56,534 bases of DNA from Octopus bimaculoides (lineage: Eukaryota). The notes below the pieces were generated by a model. It worked only from the letters and a program-made list of their open reading frames with translations. It made no database searches and had not been told where the DNA came from. Numbering within the stretch: position 1 is the stretch's first letter; each line of letters begins with the position of its first letter. Shown piece after piece: positions 52,492 through 56,534 of the stretch. Position numbers and translations under genes: made by a program. The stretch spans positions 414,388 through 470,921 of the forward strand of contig NC_069010.1 in NCBI RefSeq assembly GCF_001194135.2, in the 5' to 3' direction.

Positions 52492-52563
52492 AATTCCTTT
52501 AAACTTGAAAGTCCCAGGAAGCTTCCTCTTTCAATATGGAAAATATCATTTTGATAAAGATAT
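52492..52563 (-). CDS. LRR exon class B-like: YLYQNDIFHIERGSFLGLSSLKE
   Basis: ttttacccctatag|72 nt|gtaagctc, open. Confidence 0.88.
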
Positions 52564-52717
52564 CTATAGGGGTAAAAAAAAGGATAAGGGTTTACATTGA
52601 AAATATTTGCAATAAGATATCAATAAAAGATTTTTAAAATAGGAGATTCTTTAAATGGAGGAGAAGAAGGATTGTGATAAATAAGGAGGAAGAGGAGGAG
52701 GAGGAGGAGGAGGAGAA

Positions 52718-53098
52718 GACAGTCGTAATTGAGGAAGAAAATAAACTATGCTGGATCATAGATATAGCATGCCCAACTGACTACAAGGTATGCGATGAGG
52801 AAGAAAGAAATGTCGAGAGATATGACGGGTTAGCTTGGGAAATTAAGCAGTTGTGGTCGATGAAAAAGGTAGCAGTAGTACCAATAATTGCTGGAGCCAT
52901 GGGAACAGTGAGCAAAAATCTCGAGAAGTACGCGGAAGAAATAGGGGCTGCAATAAAAGTGGAGTACTTGTAGAAAACAGCACTGCTTGGAACCGTTTGA
53001 ATACTCCGGAAGATGCTCGAAAAATAGATGTTACCTTAGTTCACTGGTAGTGAAATGCTGGCACCGTAGTACATTTCCAGCGTTAGAAGCTGTGCAAT
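52718..53098 (+). mobile_element. R4/Dong-like family B 3' fragment with AAT tail
   Basis: VVIEEENKLCWIIDIACP...YDGLAWEIKQLWS, colinear with 24495-24880. Confidence 0.8.
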
Positions 53099-53177
53099 AA
53101 TAATAATAATAACAACAACAACAACAACAATAATAATAATGATGATGATGATGATAATGATGATGATGATAATGATA

Positions 53178-53998
53178 ATAATAAATACAAATACAAACAA
53201 GAAATTATACTACCTAATAAAGAAGAAGAAGAAGAAGAAGAAGAAGAAGAAGAAGAAGAAGAAGAAGAAGAAGAAGAAGAAGAAGAAGAAGAAGAAGAAG
53301 AAGAAGAAACAAAACCTATAAAACAAATGAAATCCAAACTAAAACTAGAACAGTAACGGACCATGATAAAGCGATGGCAAGAAAAGCCCCTACATGGTAA
53401 ATACTGGGGCTAAACTAAATGCAAAAGAAATAGACAGAGAAAAATCCCAGCAATGGCTGAGAAGCTCAGGACTCAAAGCAGAGACTGAAGGATTTTTATT
53501 TGCTGCACAAGAAATTACCAAAAATCATATAATGTAAAGAAACATAACAAGTAACTGCAGAATATGTGGCGATGCACAAGAAACAATAAATCATATTATC
53601 TTTGGCTGCCCAGACCTGGCTAAGAAGGAATATATTCACAGACAGGACAGAGCTGGGACCTATATACACTGGAAGCTATGCCAACACTATGGAATAACAG
53701 CAGAAAAAGATGGTATAAACACACGCCAGAAAAGGTCACAGAAACAATTCCAATCATTGTAGGTGCCTTAGGTATAATAAAAAAATATTCAGACAAATAC
53801 ATAACAAAACACCAGGACTTACAAATATATATAACATACAGAACATTGCACTACTGGGTACTGCACACATTCTACGCAAAACACTTTCAATACAGTAAAC
53901 ATAAGAGCACCACAGCAAACCACAGCACATACCCAAGGCATACAGAGCTGCGCTCGGTAGTGAAGTGAAAGCACGTTATAAAAATAAAACTACTGAAT
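53178..53998 (+). mobile_element. R4/Dong-like family A fragment, internally deleted, with an expanded (GAA)n
   Basis: Colinear with 21765-22627. Confidence 0.8.
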
Positions 53999-54010
53999 AA
54001 TAATATTAGC

Positions 54011-54101
<91 letters not shown>

Positions 54102-54107
54102 GTAAAA

Positions 54108-54377
54108 GACCTGGAAATAGCAGTAACTCAAATGTGGAGTCTAAAAACAGAAACAATTCGTATCATAGTAGGCGCATTAGGTATGATAAAAATATTCAGA
54201 CAAATACATAACAAAAATACCAGGACTTACAAATATATATAACATACAGAAAATTGCACTACTGGGCACTGCACACATCCTACACTTTCAATATAGTAAC
54301 CATAAGAGCATCACAGCAAACCACATTACATACACAAAGCACACAAAGCTGCGCTCGGTAGTGAAGTGAAAGCACGT

Positions 54378-54380
<3 letters not shown>
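54108..54380 (+). mobile_element. R4/Dong-like family A 3' end
   Basis: Colinear with 45-330 and has an AAT tail. Confidence 0.75.
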
Positions 54381-54432
<52 letters not shown>

Positions 54433-55837
54433 TAATACTGTAATGAAAACACTGCTCTGCCACGATGCTGCTTTGCTATAATACTAACAGTACAACGCCA
54501 AATATATTTAGTTAAACATTTATTCTTCCTTTTTTCATTTTTCTCTTTTTTGTTTATCTTCTCCATATATTTCTATCTTTGCTACTGTAATGAAAAAACT
54601 CCTTTGCCATGAGGCGGATGCGAACCCACCGTCTCCTCCCCGTATTCAAATTGCGAGGTAATTCTTTTTTTATCTTTTGCTTTCAGTCGGAACGACGGTG
54701 ACTAAGCTGGTAACTCTGCAGAACTTGCTCTGTGAGGAGGGCATATGATTCTTGCTATTTTGACACCCAACAGGAAGAAAAACAAGACCTGTATAAAGGC
54801 TAATGAACTCTTACGAGGCAGTGGCCACCAAAATAGCATATACCTAAGAAGCAGAAGCAATCATAACACTTGAGCACTCCTACTAGGAGATGAAAACTTC
54901 AAAAATTAAACCAGGATTATAGGAATCTTATATTCGAGGGTGGAGATCCTGTCAGTATTGGTGTCACGGGAAAAGTACTGGTGTCTGTGCAACCTAATAT
55001 TCACTAAATCATCATGTGTGCTGAAATATCAAATAAAGATAGATATCAGAACGGTGTGAATGAGGCTGGAACATCTTATAAAAGTGTCTCGCCCGACGGA
55101 TGCCCCACTGGTAAGCTGCGTGGGCCCAGTCGGCATCAAACAACTGCTAACAGAAGGTGAATAAAAGAAATGAATGTGGCTGTAATGGAGTGCTAATTTC
55201 TGGGTAATCCGAGAAATGAATGGCGTAATAATATTAATAATAATACGAAGAAGAAGAACGAGAAAAATAAGAGAAAAGTAGAAGGGAAAGAAGAAAAAAA
55301 AGGAAGACGTAGGAGAAGATGGAGTAGAAGACGAAGAGATAAAGTAGACGACAATGAAGTGCAGATGAAGTGAAAGAAAAAGAAGAAAACCACAAGAGGG
55401 GAAGAAAATAAAAAGGAGAATTATAAGATGGCAATTACAAAGAATGAAATAGTTGTGAGAGAATATAAGTAGAAAATGGAGTAGAGGAGAGAAGAAGCAA
55501 CTTGAGAATATATCAAATATTTATAAATATATCTTCAGTGAAAGAGTAACTGGGAAAGTGTTATAAATTTCAAGTGCTGGAAGCTGGTACATTTTACAAC
55601 GAGAAAGAAAGATGTAACTTATAAGTATCTATATTTTTCACTTCTCCATCTTCATGTTACTGCATTAGATAAATAACCTGAATTGAATGAAGAAGTCGGA
55701 GATTAAGAGAAGACGAATAGAAATGAATAGAAGATGGAAAAGAACAAGAAGTTTAAAAGAAGACGAAATATGCATATAAAAGATATATTCACATGTACAT
55801 GAAAATACATACATTTCTATAAATAAGTTTTGATGCA

Positions 55838-55890
<53 letters not shown>

Positions 55891-56028
55891 ATCTGTACTC
55901 GTCATCACAAACAAACAGATATAATACCAATCACGGGACAATATAATTCAGAGTGATAAAAAATAGAGAGGGAAAGAGAAACGAGGTACATTTGTATTAT
56001 TGTAGCAACAAAAAGGAAAAAAACTTAC

Positions 56029-56100
56029 AATATATGTAGCCTAGAAAGACCTTGGAAGCTTGCTTCTCCAATTATCGAAATGACATTTCTGTGAATATAT
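56029..56100 (-). CDS. LRR exon (divergent): YIHRNVISIIGEASFQGLSRLHI
   Basis: tactgctacag|72 nt|gtaagttt, open. It is the most 5' exon visible in the window. Confidence 0.85.
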
Positions 56101-56534
56101 CTGTAGCAGTAAAGAACAGTGGTAATAGTTGTTATGGAAAAGTTTTACCATAAAACATTGCGGAACGTGTATCTATACTATAAAAGGCAAATCTACTCTG
56201 TGTGTGTGTGTGTATGTTTAAAATTCATACATTTACACAATTCAAAATTTCTTCGATTAAACAATCGCAATTAAAATTCTAAATACAATAAGGTAGGTCA
56301 CTGCGTCATTTTTTCACTCCAAATATTTCCTAATAATGAATAAAATCCGTAAAACTACAGGAGTAAACATTTTCTCCCTAATAAAATCTAATTTCCTCTT
56401 TCTAATACAAATCCTTTCAACTCCTACTTTCTCTTAATGAACCTTTACGAAAAATCCAACAACAAATACAAAAATAAAGGAAGGAGAAAAAGAAAACTAT
56501 TCCAGTATCAAATCACATTTCGATACTGTAATGA

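Noticed and set aside
54600-54720. B-box-like GGTTCGCATCC on the minus strand as a possible tRNA
   Set aside because: No cloverleaf could be built. At most it is a decayed SINE head.
26371-56100. Calling the gene an LGR/RXFP/GRL101 receptor, Slit or peroxidasin
   Set aside because: Only the 72-nt exon style is shared. No 7TM, EGF or peroxidase exons are visible, and the LRRCT splices in frame to an LU-like domain.

Overview
AT-rich, microsatellite-dense, gapped eukaryotic DNA. The SINE/LINE complement looks like an octopod cephalopod (inference, no search run). The supplied ORF track is mostly simple-repeat noise. Reading the minus strand for splice sites reveals a multi-exon gene that the track misses. 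It has at least 13 complete 72-nt, phase 2-2 leucine-rich-repeat (LRR) exons from 56100 down to 26371, plus a 14th that runs into an N-gap. These are followed by an LRRCT exon (17830-17673) and two exons (14595-14504, 12648-12465) that splice in frame into a 12-Cys Ly6/uPAR-like three-finger domain ending CCxxxLCN. All 16 fully visible exons have AG/GT boundaries, compatible phases and no stops. The LRR exons sit in tandemly duplicated exon+intron units of two classes (xLDHNK and YLQQNN). One intron carries an inverted copy of the unit. The start codon lies beyond the window end and the last exon is uncertain. The rest is transposon debris: R4/Dong-like RLE LINEs nested in (AAT)n tracts together with a fixed-ended ~555-bp non-coding element, an L1/Tx1 fragment, Tc1 (DD34E), a maT-like element (DD37D), a Tc2-like MITE, a Helitron helicase fragment, an LTR remnant and tRNA-derived SINEs.
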